From positions 1 to 64,000 of IMG/VR virus record IMGVR_UViG_3300013999_000001: a DNA stretch of 64,000 nucleotides, one strand, 5' to 3'. The position numbers and the translations under genes are program-made. The DNA is from a virus (taxonomy: Duplodnaviria > Caudoviricetes). This document shows, one piece after another, positions 37,694 to 47,210 of the stretch. The notes under the pieces were generated by a model, which was not told where the DNA came from, did no database searches, and was given only the letters and a program-made list of their open reading frames with translations. Every line of letters starts with the position of its first letter. The first letter of the stretch is position 1.

Positions 37694-38755
37694 TTACCCG
37701 TTCAGCTCTGCGATAATGTCATCACGGCTTGCCATTAAGGCCATGTATACGCCGCGTACAATGCTCATTTCTGGATTATCAGGAGTGATCACCACGTCAT
37801 GCCAGTCAGCGGTGTGATCGTCCAGTCCGTGAATTTTCCCGGCGATATAGTTTGCGCCGCCGCCCACCAGCAGGATTGCGTCAATGTCGCGCAGGTTGCG
37901 GTGCATCTTGCGAATGTCTAACCGAATAGTTTCGCTCAGCTCTGCGGCTGCACGGTTAATCAGTGTAGTTACATCAATGCGCTTGTCGCGCGCAGCTTCC
38001 AGTCTTGAACCGATATAACCCTGGCGAATGATCGGGTCGATGCTTTCAATGCTAAGGTTTTTCGCATCAAGGCGGCTGGAGCTGGTGGTTTCAAAGTCCT
38101 GCAACAGCTCATGCATACGGTTAATCATAACGTGTACGCCGTTCTCCGTGGTAAGACGGCTGACCACCTGTAATTCGCTGTCCACTACGGCCAAATCGCA
38201 TGTAAACCGGCCAAGGTCGGCGACGAGCATGGTCTGAGCCTCTGTCAGCGTCGGGTCGTCGGCCTGAGCGGATACTACGGCTGGGATCGCTTCCGGGAAT
38301 ACTTCGACATGCACAATACGCGGCGCTGCAATAGCATCATTATAGTTGCGCACTGGCGTCATCAGGCTCTTCACCTTCGCGTCAATACGGGCGTGGTCAA
38401 TCACACCTTTGTCTGCATAGAACTGATTAACCGGCAGCGTTTCGGCCAGCACCACGTCACAGTCGGTCAGACCAGCGCGAGTCAGCGCGTCAATGACCAG
38501 TACGCGATGCGCTGCCGAAACCTGATAGTCAGGATCGCAGGTATCAACCAGGTCCGTTCCCTGTTTCACCACGGCGTAGTTACGGCCTTCGGTGATCCAT
38601 GATGAGCTGGTTTCGCTGGAGATTGTTTGCTGGTTGCCCTGGCGCACCAGCGCGGGCGTTACCTGCGTAAACATCTTGCCGTCGCGCTCAAAGGTTAGCG
38701 CCACGTTGCCGGAGCCAGCATCCACTGCTACAAAAACAAGGTTTTTCTTAGTCAC
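37694..38755 (-). CDS. parM: ParM/StbA-family actin-like partition ATPase
   Basis: 353 aa; VAVDAGSGNV (phosphate 1), VFPEAIPA, VADLGRFTCD (phosphate 2), ILLVGGGA (adenosine) actin-fold motifs. Confidence 0.9.
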   Translation of the reverse strand: MTKKNLVFVAVDAGSGNVALTFERDGKMFTQVTPALVRQGNQQTISSETSSSWITEGRNYAVVKQGTDLVDTCDPDYQVSAAHRVLVIDALTRAGLTDCDVVLAETLPVNQFYADKGVIDHARIDAKVKSLMTPVRNYNDAIAAPRIVHVEVFPEAIPAVVSAQADDPTLTEAQTMLVADLGRFTCDLAVVDSELQVVSRLTTENGVHVMINRMHELLQDFETTSSSRLDAKNLSIESIDPIIRQGYIGSRLEAARDKRIDVTTLINRAAAELSETIRLDIRKMHRNLRDIDAILLVGGGANYIAGKIHGLDDHTADWHDVVITPDNPEMSIVRGVYMALMASRDDIIAELNG

Positions 38756-38876
38756 TTTTTAATTCCTTATTGGACAATTTCAGAGTTTAAATCGCCCTGC
38801 AAGTGTACCGTTAGTTGCTAAAAAGTCCAGTGCTAAAGGACTTTTTACAGCACTGGTTTTTGTAATTGCTCCGCAT

Positions 38877-39170
38877 TGATCACTTTAAATGATCACTTTT
38901 TTGATCACCGGAGTGATCATCGCAAAAAACAGACCGCATACCATCGGTTAATGATGTGGCTGATGGCATAACCGATGGCAAAAGTAGACTGGGAAGAACA
39001 CCGCAAAACCTTTGAATTGCTTAGGGAAGAGCGCGGAATTACTTACAAGGAGTATGCCGAGCACCATGGTTTAAATCCCAACACGGTGAGGCGTCAATTC
39101 AGCCAAAAAGCAGGTGAGAACCAAGGGAAAAAGGGCAGCAAGAAAAGTGATCACGCTGATGAGCTGATCA
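38877..39170. promoter_or_regulatory. Candidate pac (packaging) site: TGATCA hexamer clusters
   Basis: TGATCA at 38877, 38890, 38902, 38914 and at 39148, 39165 inside pacA; P1 pac is defined by Dam-methylated TGATCA/G hexamers at pacA. Confidence 0.7.
38924..38944 (+). promoter_or_regulatory. Candidate late promoter (pacA-pacB)
   Basis: AAAAAACAGA-ccgca-TACCAT. Confidence 0.65.
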
Positions 39171-40180
39171 TAAGCCGAAAAGGGCGTAAAGCCGCGCATA
39201 GCAAGGCTATGGCAGAGGTTACTGAACCGCGTGACGGCACGACAGGCAAAAAGCCGGAATCAACAAACGTAAAAGGCAAACACGCCAAAAAGATCACTTT
39301 ACCCGCCGTGGTCCACACACCCAAGCCCAGGGGGAAGGGCAAGCCGTTTGAGGAAGACAACGAGGTTAAGCTGGTGCCGAACCGTCGGGGTCGCCCCCGG
39401 CAAGTAGACTATTCATCGGCTGATAATCTGGCGGCGGAAGGTCTGGAGATCAGCGCCGCACGAACCCTCTATGACACGCTGGCGCATATGGAATTGCTAA
39501 AGCGAACCACGGCGCGTGCCGTCGGCGTCTTTGAAAAAGAGATCGCCGATCTGGAGCGCCCGAACTCCAGAAATCGTGATGATGACGACGAGGGGCCAGG
39601 CGGTCCACATCCCGTCCTGAAACTGACCAAACTGCTGATTGAAGTCGGCTACCTGATGAACGACCACGCGTCGAGGGTTGAAGCCATCACCACCAGCCGG
39701 GATAAGAACCGGCGCGAGAATGAAAAGCACGGCATGAAGGTGAGCGAGGGTGAGGTGATCGCGCAGGCGTTCGTGCTACGTGAAGAAAACGACTGGGATA
39801 TTTTCGAGACGGCAGAGTACATCGAGAAGCACGGTGTAAAGCTGCCCGCGTCTATCGCCCTGCGTCTGGAGAAAGAGATCCGCGATGCCGAGCCAGAAGT
39901 GGAGAGCGGCGGAGAGGTGGACGACGACCAGCTGGAAGAAGAGGCCCGCCGTTATCGTGCGCAGCAGGCCAGGCGGGAAGTCATCATTCAGGACAAGCGG
40001 GACGCCGTGGCGCGCATTGTGGATGAGCGGGGTTATGGTGACACCACCCAGGATGGTTCGCGCCGTGAAGGGGAGTTTGAGGACGATCACGAAGGGCTGG
40101 ATATTGACTATGAGGCCACGGCAGACATTTACGATGAGCATGCCGAGGTTGCGATAGAACCGCCGGAGGATGGCGAGTAA
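38975..40180 (+). CDS. pacA: Terminase small subunit PacA
   Basis: 401 aa; N-terminal HTH (KVDWEEH...YKEYAEHHGLNPNTVRR); acidic C-terminus; precedes pacB. Confidence 0.9.
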   Translation: MAKVDWEEHRKTFELLREERGITYKEYAEHHGLNPNTVRRQFSQKAGENQGKKGSKKSDHADELIISRKGRKAAHSKAMAEVTEPRDGTTGKKPESTNVKGKHAKKITLPAVVHTPKPRGKGKPFEEDNEVKLVPNRRGRPRQVDYSSADNLAAEGLEISAARTLYDTLAHMELLKRTTARAVGVFEKEIADLERPNSRNRDDDDEGPGGPHPVLKLTKLLIEVGYLMNDHASRVEAITTSRDKNRRENEKHGMKVSEGEVIAQAFVLREENDWDIFETAEYIEKHGVKLPASIALRLEKEIRDAEPEVESGGEVDDDQLEEEARRYRAQQARREVIIQDKRDAVARIVDERGYGDTTQDGSRREGEFEDDHEGLDIDYEATADIYDEHAEVAIEPPEDGE

Positions 40181-41700
40181 TGGCATCCGGCAAGAAGAAG
40201 ATTAAGTGCGTTACCACGGACCCGCGCTGGCGCGACATGGTTATTCGCTACCGGTACGACTGGGGGCTGGCCGTGGTCGAGCTGTTTGGCATGGAGCCGA
40301 GCTGGCAGCAGGACGAGATTTTGGAGTCCGTACAGCAAATAGGCAGCAGGACCACCGTCACTTCCGGCCACGGCACCGGCAAATCATCGCTGACGGCCAT
40401 GATGCTGATGATCTACATCATCCTTTACCCGGATGCGCGTGTCGTAATTGTCGCTAACAAAATTTCGCAGGTGAAATCGGGCGTATTCAAGTACGTAAAA
40501 CAGTTTTGGGGTAACGCCATAAAGCGCCATCCGTGGCTGCAAAATCACTTTGTTCTGACAGATACGATGTTTTATGAGCGTAGTCGCAAAGGCATCTGGG
40601 AAGTGCTCTGTAAGGGCTATCGTCTGGGTAACGAAGAATCACTCGCAGGGGAACACGCTAAACATCTTCTGCTGATCCTTGATGAGGCTTCCGGTATCAG
40701 TGACAAGGCAATCGGCATCATGACCGGCGCACTGACCGAATCTGATAACCGTATGCTGATGCTGAGCCAGCCAACCCGGCCAAGCGGCTATTTCTACGAC
40801 TCACATCATGGGATGGCAAAAAGCCCGGATAACCCTAACGGCATCTGGAACAGCATTGTACTGAACTCAGAAGAATCGCCGTTCGTTACCCTGGACTTCA
40901 TCATCATGAAGCTGGCCGAGTATGGCGGGCGCGACAGCATCGAGTACATGGTGAAGGTGCTGGGACAGTTTCCTAGTGAGATTAACGGCTTCCTGCTGGG
41001 GCGTGACGCCTGCGAGCGTGCGCAGCGGCGCAAGGTGTATCTGGAGAAGGGCTGGGGCTGGGTGGCAACAGCGGACGTGGGGAACGGGCGTGATAAGTCG
41101 ATTCTCAATATCTGCCGGGTGAGCGGTTATCGTGAGAAGCGCCGCGTTGTACCGTTCAGTGTAAAAGAAATGCCTGGCAACATGAACCCTACGGCCTTCG
41201 GTGACTACATCGCCAACGAGTGTATGTCCGGCCAGTTCCCGAACATCACGATCGCCGTCGATGGTGATGGCGTGGGATCGGCCACTGCGGACCAGCTGGA
41301 GCGGCGCGGCGTTAACGTGACCCGCATACGCTGGGGCAGCACCAAGCGGCTATTTTCCCGGCACGATAAGGAGCGTTTTGTCAGTCAGCGCGCGTGGGCG
41401 AACTTTGCGGCGCGTGATGCCATCCTGTCCGGGCGTATGCGTCTGGATAACTCAAAGAAAACGGTGGAGGAAGCCTCCAAGATCCCCTGGCAGCTGATGG
41501 AGGACGGGCGCGTTGCGATGATGAAAAAGGAGTACATGCGCCAGAAGCTGAATATCAAATCCCCCGACCGATGGGACACATATTGTTTCCAAATGATTGC
41601 AGACTATCGGGCGGCAGACGATGAAACCGGGCAGGAAATGGGCGAAAAACGCGCTGATGCGCTGGCTGAGCTGGAACAATTCGACGATCTGATAGATTAA
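40180..41700 (+). CDS. pacB: Terminase large subunit PacB
   Basis: 506 aa; Walker A SGHGTGKS, Walker B ILDEASG, nuclease ADVG...D and SPDRWD. Confidence 0.95.
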   Translation: MASGKKKIKCVTTDPRWRDMVIRYRYDWGLAVVELFGMEPSWQQDEILESVQQIGSRTTVTSGHGTGKSSLTAMMLMIYIILYPDARVVIVANKISQVKSGVFKYVKQFWGNAIKRHPWLQNHFVLTDTMFYERSRKGIWEVLCKGYRLGNEESLAGEHAKHLLLILDEASGISDKAIGIMTGALTESDNRMLMLSQPTRPSGYFYDSHHGMAKSPDNPNGIWNSIVLNSEESPFVTLDFIIMKLAEYGGRDSIEYMVKVLGQFPSEINGFLLGRDACERAQRRKVYLEKGWGWVATADVGNGRDKSILNICRVSGYREKRRVVPFSVKEMPGNMNPTAFGDYIANECMSGQFPNITIAVDGDGVGSATADQLERRGVNVTRIRWGSTKRLFSRHDKERFVSQRAWANFAARDAILSGRMRLDNSKKTVEEASKIPWQLMEDGRVAMMKKEYMRQKLNIKSPDRWDTYCFQMIADYRAADDETGQEMGEKRADALAELEQFDDLID

Positions 41701-41729
41701 GGGCGGGGGCTACCAGCCCCCGTCTCATG

Positions 41730-42764
41730 TTAATCGCGTTGCACCAGTTCTTTGAACTTCTTCCCTCGTCGCGGCTTTGAATCGCCGTACTTTCCCCGCA
41801 GCTCAGTAATCTTAAGTACAGTCAGATCGTCAGAAGAAATTTTCCTTTCTAACAATTCGAGATCCTTCTCATTCAGGTGAATCATATTCTGCCGGTCTTG
41901 CTCTATTTTCAGGGCAACTGCGGTCGCGTTGCCTTCTGCCTGAGCTCGCGCCATTCGGCTGGTGGCCCGACGTTCAAAGTTATATCGCCGAGTATGTATT
42001 GCTTGCTCAACTACGGCGCGTTGTTGTGATTTTTTATCAGCAATATTGATATCTTCAATATCGTATAGTTTACTTCCAGGGAATAACGAGCACTGGACCG
42101 GGCTTATATAATCATACTTACCTGCATATTCTAATACCGGCTTATCCTGAATAATTATATTGTCTTTCGTCCAGCCCGGATGATAAACAAACGCACCGTG
42201 CGCGCCATAGCGAACTTTCTGTGACTCTGTTTCACCTTTAAATGTAATTTCGGCTATGGTGTCCTCATATCCCTCTGTTCTGCAACGGAATATGCGGCCT
42301 TCCGGCATGGCTTCAAACCAGTCGGATTCCTTCTTGAGTGCATTTATGCTGGCAGCACTGAAAGGTATTTTCTTTAATTTAACTCTCTGTTTTTCATATC
42401 GCTGTAATATATCTTCACGCGTCATGTTTGTCGTGGTGGTTGCATTAAATACGGTTAATGAAAAGCGAACAGGCTCAATAACCATTAATGGCACTGGTGA
42501 ATAAAGTGCTGCGGCTATAGCAATGCTTTTTCTTTTCCGACGCTCGTCGGCAAACTCTGCAAATTTCTTCCATTTAATATGCAGCTCTAATGCTTTATTA
42601 AACACTGTTGCGCTACTTGAAAAAGCGACAGGACGGATCGGCTCATCGCGTGAGTTTCGGCTGTGATGTACAGCAAGGGAGTTTACCAGTTCCAGCCAGC
42701 TGGCTTTTACTTTCAGAAACTCCTTGTAATGCTGCTCGAAGATAGCGTCGTCAAAAACTGGCAT
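41730..42764 (-). CDS. c1: C1 master repressor
   Basis: 344 aa; EQHYKEF, PIRPV, LYSPVP, FRCRTEGYEDT, YDYISPVQC...KLYDIEDI align by eye with P1 C1; convergent with pacB as in P1. Confidence 0.85.
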   Translation of the reverse strand: MPVFDDAIFEQHYKEFLKVKASWLELVNSLAVHHSRNSRDEPIRPVAFSSSATVFNKALELHIKWKKFAEFADERRKRKSIAIAAALYSPVPLMVIEPVRFSLTVFNATTTTNMTREDILQRYEKQRVKLKKIPFSAASINALKKESDWFEAMPEGRIFRCRTEGYEDTIAEITFKGETESQKVRYGAHGAFVYHPGWTKDNIIIQDKPVLEYAGKYDYISPVQCSLFPGSKLYDIEDINIADKKSQQRAVVEQAIHTRRYNFERRATSRMARAQAEGNATAVALKIEQDRQNMIHLNEKDLELLERKISSDDLTVLKITELRGKYGDSKPRRGKKFKELVQRD

Positions 42765-42805
42765 CGTAGACTCCTCAATTGGCGGTGTATGGCAACCTAC
42801 TTAAC

Positions 42806-42816
42806 CCTTAGAATTT
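42806..42816. promoter_or_regulatory. Candidate C1 operator upstream of c1 (autoregulation)
   Basis: CCTTAGAATTT about 40 bp upstream of the c1 start. Confidence 0.6.
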
Positions 42817-43007
42817 TAGGTAAGAAATGAAGGTTGTCTGCATCGCTCTTGTATTCGTTTTGCCTGGCAGAGTGATCAGCGATCACTGGGTCCGTCCGGG
42901 CGTAGACGTATGGTACACGCTTTTGAAGGATAGCTATATATTCAAAAGCCTTTAGCAACTCTTGTCACGTAAACGCACTCATGTTTAGGACAATTCATAT
43001 AAAAAGG

Positions 43008-43039
43008 TTACTATAGATAATAGGCATTATCTATAGCTA
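43008..43039. other. rox-like recombination site (14-4-14)
   Basis: TTACTATAGATAAT-AGGC-ATTATCTATAGCTA; same layout as D6 rox (TAACTTTAAATAAT-TGGC-ATTATTTAAAGTTA), about 120 bp upstream of the recombinase. Confidence 0.8.
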
Positions 43040-43137
43040 TACGGTATGATTGCCCATGAAGTGATCATTTTTACGCTACGTGAAAATTTTAGCCCTGTAG
43101 CACTGCGGAAAGCTCAGATTTCACGTAGCGCGCCATT

Positions 43138-43148
43138 TCTTAGAATTA
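43138..43148. promoter_or_regulatory. Candidate C1 operator upstream of the recombinase
   Basis: TCTTAGAATTA. Confidence 0.5.
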
Positions 43149-43157
43149 GGGTGATTT

Positions 43158-44186
43158 ATGGATGAGATAACACTTTTTGATGGTGGCGGCGCAGAGTTGC
43201 CCGCCCTGACCGGGTTGACGGCGGCAGAGGTGGAAAAAAACCTTCGCGCCTTTATGACTGACCGCGAGGCGTACTCAGATAACACGTTTAAGAAGTTGAT
43301 GGTTGTGATCCGGTCGTGGTCCACCTGGTGCGCGCAAAAAGGTATTCCGCCGCTGCCGGTGCTGCCGGGTGATGCCCGGTCATACTTTTTAGAACTGTAT
43401 GAAGCCGGTTCGGCCTCCAGCTCTATCGACAACCATTACGCCATGCTTAATATGCTGCTGCGTATCTCCGGCCTGCCGGACTTGAAAAACAGTAATGAGG
43501 TTAAGCTGGCGTTGAAGAAAATCCGCCGCCTGTCGGTTATGGATGGCGAGAAAACCGGCCAGGCGGTGCCGTTCCGCTACACGGACTTGCAGATCGCCTG
43601 CCATCTACTGAGCCAGTCGGATCGGCCTGCGGACCTTCGCAACCGGGCGTTCCTGATGGTGGCCTACAATACGCTGCTGCGCGTCCAGGAGATCGCCCGT
43701 ATAAAGGTGCGCGATATGAGCATTAATGATGGCCGTGTGGTGCTGGACCTGACGCATACCAAAACCCAGATGACGGCGGCGGGCGTGGTTAAACACCTTA
43801 GCCAGCCCACCAGCCGGGTACTACTGGAATGGCTGCGAGTATCCGGGCTGAATGAACACCCTGAATCGGTCATCTTCTCTTCCGTTCGCCGTAACGGTAA
43901 AGCGACGGTGACGGAAAAGCCCATGACGACACCAGCTCTGGAAAAAATATTCCAGGATGTCTGGCGCATGATGGGTAAAGACGATGAACCGGCCAACAAG
44001 GGCCGCTACAAAACGTGGTCCGGGCATAGCGCCCGTGTCGGTGCTGCTCAGGATATGGCAGATCGTGACGTGAGCATGACTCAGATCATGCATGAAGGCA
44101 CCTGGTCAAAGCCGGAAACCGTGATGCGTTACCTGCGCAAGCTGAAAAACCGAAACAGCGCAATGTCTGACATCATGGAAAAGTAG
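43158..44186 (+). CDS. cre: Cre/Dre-family tyrosine recombinase (Dre-like)
   Basis: 342 aa; HYAMLNMLL, RNRAFLMVAYNTLLR, TKT, GHSARVGAA, W and RY catalytic positions; closer to D6 Dre than to P1 Cre by eye. Confidence 0.92.
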   Translation: MDEITLFDGGGAELPALTGLTAAEVEKNLRAFMTDREAYSDNTFKKLMVVIRSWSTWCAQKGIPPLPVLPGDARSYFLELYEAGSASSSIDNHYAMLNMLLRISGLPDLKNSNEVKLALKKIRRLSVMDGEKTGQAVPFRYTDLQIACHLLSQSDRPADLRNRAFLMVAYNTLLRVQEIARIKVRDMSINDGRVVLDLTHTKTQMTAAGVVKHLSQPTSRVLLEWLRVSGLNEHPESVIFSSVRRNGKATVTEKPMTTPALEKIFQDVWRMMGKDDEPANKGRYKTWSGHSARVGAAQDMADRDVSMTQIMHEGTWSKPETVMRYLRKLKNRNSAMSDIMEK

Positions 44187-44195
44187 TTATAACCA

Positions 44196-44206
44196 TAATT
44201 CTAAGG
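44196..44206. promoter_or_regulatory. Candidate C1 operator downstream of the recombinase
   Basis: Minus strand CCTTAGAATTA; P1 has an operator in the equivalent position. Confidence 0.55.
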
Positions 44207-44265
44207 CTTTTTTATTTGAAACCGCAGTGATGATGAGTCAGAATCGACCAAACTAGGGAGGCGCT

Positions 44266-44586
44266 ATGTCCGGTTCGGTTCTGACTCACCAGCGATTTAT
44301 CGTTGAAGGCCACAAAATCACCTTTGCTGCCGGTATTAAACGCGGCAAGGCGATTGTTGCTTTCAGTATCAGCACCCCATCTGACGTTGTTCCCCTCCTG
44401 ACACTCGTAAAGGAATACCCCAGCCAGCAGGCCGCGTGTCTGTATGTCGATCAGGTATCCGAAACCGCCGCACAAAAGCTACTGGAATACTACCGCCGCG
44501 AGCATATGGCCGTGGTTACGCTGGTAGACGCCGCATTCAGTGGCCTTGCTCGCCCGGATTACGGCCAGCGGCATAAAAAGAGGTAA
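44266..44586 (+). CDS. Hypothetical protein
   Basis: 106 aa, GGAGG RBS. Confidence 0.65.
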   Translation: MSGSVLTHQRFIVEGHKITFAAGIKRGKAIVAFSISTPSDVVPLLTLVKEYPSQQAACLYVDQVSETAAQKLLEYYRREHMAVVTLVDAAFSGLARPDYGQRHKKR

Positions 44587-44608
44587 AAACGTGTCACTGA
44601 CCAGCAAT

Positions 44609-45049
44609 ATGAGCCGTCTCTTTGTCGCCGTCGCCAGCGCCCACGACGTTCAAAATCCTATCGGCACCTATTCCAACGGCTCTTACGTCGATTCCTCGCG
44701 CGGCGTCTACTTCGGGCCGGATATCTTTCAGCATGCCAGGACAGTGGCGCAGCTGGTTAAGCGCGGCGTGATTGAGTACAGCCGGGATGCTGAGTACGGC
44801 GAGGTCATCCGCTTTGACGATCGGCGGGATGTACTGGCCGAGTTCGCCAGAGGCGTGATTGATGCCGAGGACGGCGTATGCGAAGAGGATGGACTGAGTG
44901 ACGCTTCCATGCCGCTGGCCTATCTGAGCGGGCTGAAATTCGCGCGTATGCGCATGAAGCATGGCGGGATGTCGTTTCGTCTGGATCAGGGCCGGGTGTG
45001 TCACGGCATGATATGCGTCGATACGGGCGAGCGATGGACTCAAGACTGA
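44609..45049 (+). CDS. Hypothetical protein
   Basis: ORF in operon context; start uncertain (44591 or 44609). Confidence 0.55.
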   Translation: MSRLFVAVASAHDVQNPIGTYSNGSYVDSSRGVYFGPDIFQHARTVAQLVKRGVIEYSRDAEYGEVIRFDDRRDVLAEFARGVIDAEDGVCEEDGLSDASMPLAYLSGLKFARMRMKHGGMSFRLDQGRVCHGMICVDTGERWTQD

Positions 45050-45129
45050 TGAAGAATAAGGGGGCAGCTTATGCCACCCCCCTACTCAGTGCGATTGGCT
45101 CTCTGAAAAGCCACTGACAGGATAGCAAA

Positions 45130-45597
45130 TTGAAGAACATCTTCCCACACCTACAGATATACGCGGCCCTGAATCCCCAGGAGACGGCGCAAATCGTTGA
45201 TCTCTTTCTGGCACATCCCAAGCGAGGGTTTACCCGCCGCATGCTTACCCCCCTGCTGCCTGGCATAAGCACTCATTGTATCCGTAAGGGGCTGGAGGAG
45301 CTGCTGGAGAACGAGATTTTGTCGCTCTGCGGCGATTACTACCGGCTGCGCATCAAACCGGCCACTATCGCGCAGATGGTGCCAGTGAGATTGAGCAAGG
45401 TAGAGATCAAGATTATGCACCAGCTCAACAAGCGCCAACAGATAACGGCCAGTGATGTGGACGTGGAGCGCAGTGTGTTTTTAACGGCAGCACGACGTCT
45501 TTTGGCGCGCGGTCTGCTTGAAACGTTCGAATGCAAGCCAAAATTGGCGGTCCGCCGCTACTACAAATTCAAACGCCAGGAGGCGAAGATCCAATGA
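45130..45597 (+). CDS. Putative tandem winged-helix DNA-binding protein
   Basis: 155 aa; two wHTH-like segments (IRKGLEELLENEIL; AARRLLARGLLE). Confidence 0.5.
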   Translation: MKNIFPHLQIYAALNPQETAQIVDLFLAHPKRGFTRRMLTPLLPGISTHCIRKGLEELLENEILSLCGDYYRLRIKPATIAQMVPVRLSKVEIKIMHQLNKRQQITASDVDVERSVFLTAARRLLARGLLETFECKPKLAVRRYYKFKRQEAKIQ

Positions 45598-46079
45598 CGA
45601 ATCTGAATGTAACCCTGCTTCATGAAAAAGCCTGCCTGCCGGATATGGCTGGCCCTGCCGTTGCGCTGCGTGTACTCGATGCGCGTCTTGAGTCCACACT
45701 GATACCTGGCGAAAAGCCAGCCCAGGCATACTGGATTCATACCGGCCTGGCCTTTGCCGTGCCGGACGGCCATGTACTGAAAATTTACCCGGCCCCAGAG
45801 CTGGCACAGCGCCACCTTGCCCGTCTTGCGGAATGTGTAGCGGTTGTACTGCCAGGTGATGACAGTGAAGTTAAGCTGCGCCTGGTGGTGGATCGTGGCG
45901 GCAAAGCATTTGAGCCATCGCCGGACATGGTTGTCGCATATGGTCTGCTGGAGGCGGTGGTCACTCCGGTGCTGATGGCCGTGGATCAGGGTTCCCCGGA
46001 AGGGGATAAAACCGTTGTGCCGGCGTCGGAAAATCTCGCGCCTGCGAAGGACACTCAGCGCTCTAAAAAGGGCAAGTGA
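45594..46079 (+). CDS. dUTPase-fold protein lacking catalytic motifs
   Basis: HEKACLP and HTGLAFAVPDGHVLKIYP align with trimeric dUTPases; RSG is replaced by APE, G.ID.DY.G by AVVLPGDDS, no motif V. Confidence 0.65.
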   Translation: MTNLNVTLLHEKACLPDMAGPAVALRVLDARLESTLIPGEKPAQAYWIHTGLAFAVPDGHVLKIYPAPELAQRHLARLAECVAVVLPGDDSEVKLRLVVDRGGKAFEPSPDMVVAYGLLEAVVTPVLMAVDQGSPEGDKTVVPASENLAPAKDTQRSKKGK

Positions 46080-46759
46080 TGCGGTATCAAATCTGCGAAG
46101 GCATGAGCGTGTCCACCAGCCCGGATAACCGGCTGGAACAACCTGACATTGATCGGGCGCTGCTGGCGCTGACTGGTTTCAAGCCAACACTGGTAAGTGG
46201 TCGCATGGCATGGACGCGCGGCGTAGTGCGTTACTGGTTGCCGGATGAAGCCGACAGCGAAGCGGATATTGAGGCGCTGTCAGCTGATCTGAATGCACGT
46301 CCGCTTTCACCGGCACTGGACATGGAGTTTGCTCAGATGCTGCTGCGCATCACGCCGATGGTAATCACACCGGTTGTGACGCTCAAGGGTCAGCTGGTGG
46401 GAGAATGGCATGTGGAGAACAATCCCATACCTGCGACCGGCGACGTTATGACGAACGGCCATCAACTGCACAGTTACCGTCACGCGGCTCTGCCGGTTGC
46501 CATAGCTATGGTATTCCTACAAACGCAGGGTATCGGCCAGCAGGCGTGGATCTACATCGGTGAACGGGAAACCGACGAGCCGGAGCTGCACTACGTTATG
46601 CCAACCGACGATGTGACGGAGAAACTTAATGGGGTGGAAACGTTCATCCGGGCGGATACGCTAGACCAGTTCGCGGCTACTGGCGTCCCGTCTCATGTAC
46701 TGGCTGATGAGTTTGAAAAGGCCAGGCTAAAGCGGGTAATCGCCACGGTAACAGCCTGA
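46076..46759 (+). CDS. Hypothetical protein, possibly phage ABA-sandwich domain
   Basis: 227 aa; SPALDMEFAQMLL and ALPVAIAMVFL weakly resemble that family. Confidence 0.5.
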   Translation: MMRYQICEGMSVSTSPDNRLEQPDIDRALLALTGFKPTLVSGRMAWTRGVVRYWLPDEADSEADIEALSADLNARPLSPALDMEFAQMLLRITPMVITPVVTLKGQLVGEWHVENNPIPATGDVMTNGHQLHSYRHAALPVAIAMVFLQTQGIGQQAWIYIGERETDEPELHYVMPTDDVTEKLNGVETFIRADTLDQFAATGVPSHVLADEFEKARLKRVIATVTA

Positions 46760-46762
46760 AAC

Positions 46763-46786
46763 AGGCCCCGATAAGGGGCCTTTTTT
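46763..46786. terminator. Terminator between convergent genes
   Basis: AGGCCCC-GATAA-GGGGCCT plus T-run. Confidence 0.75.
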
Positions 46787-46790
46787 CTCA

Positions 46791-47210
46791 CTACCCTGCG
46801 GCCTCTTCCTGCAAAATTTCCAGCATGGACTGGCCGGGATCTCCTGCGGTCGTGTTTGTTGGCTGCACGCACATTTCCACCTGAATTTTACGCTTCGGGC
46901 GGCTATCAGCATCTACCCATTGGTGCGCCAGGGCAGGCACAGCGGCTTCGGTCAAAATATGCAGTTCGTAGTTGGTGCGCGATCCACCAGCGGGAGCATA
47001 CTCAGAGAAGGCGATAACTGGCGTCTGCTGGGTTTGCTTTATCCGATAATCATCCATTTTGGTGCCGTTCAGCGTAACGGCGGAAATGTCGTGGTATGCG
47101 ATTACTTTAAACTGACCGCATGTGTAGAGCGTTGCGGGATGGCTGGCGGCGTGTGCGGCCAAAGGGGAGCAAAGGAGGGCCAGAGCGGCCAAAACCTTTT
47201 TATGTCTCAT
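46791..47210 (-). CDS. Secreted/periplasmic hypothetical protein
   Basis: 139 aa; signal peptide MRHKKVLAALALLCSPLAAHA; two Cys. Confidence 0.65.
   Translation of the reverse strand: MRHKKVLAALALLCSPLAAHAASHPATLYTCGQFKVIAYHDISAVTLNGTKMDDYRIKQTQQTPVIAFSEYAPAGGSRTNYELHILTEAAVPALAHQWVDADSRPKRKIQVEMCVQPTNTTAGDPGQSMLEILQEEAAG

Noticed and set aside
42765-43007. coi/imc genes between c1 and the recombination site
   Set aside because: Only ORFs under 20 codons found on the minus strand by eye
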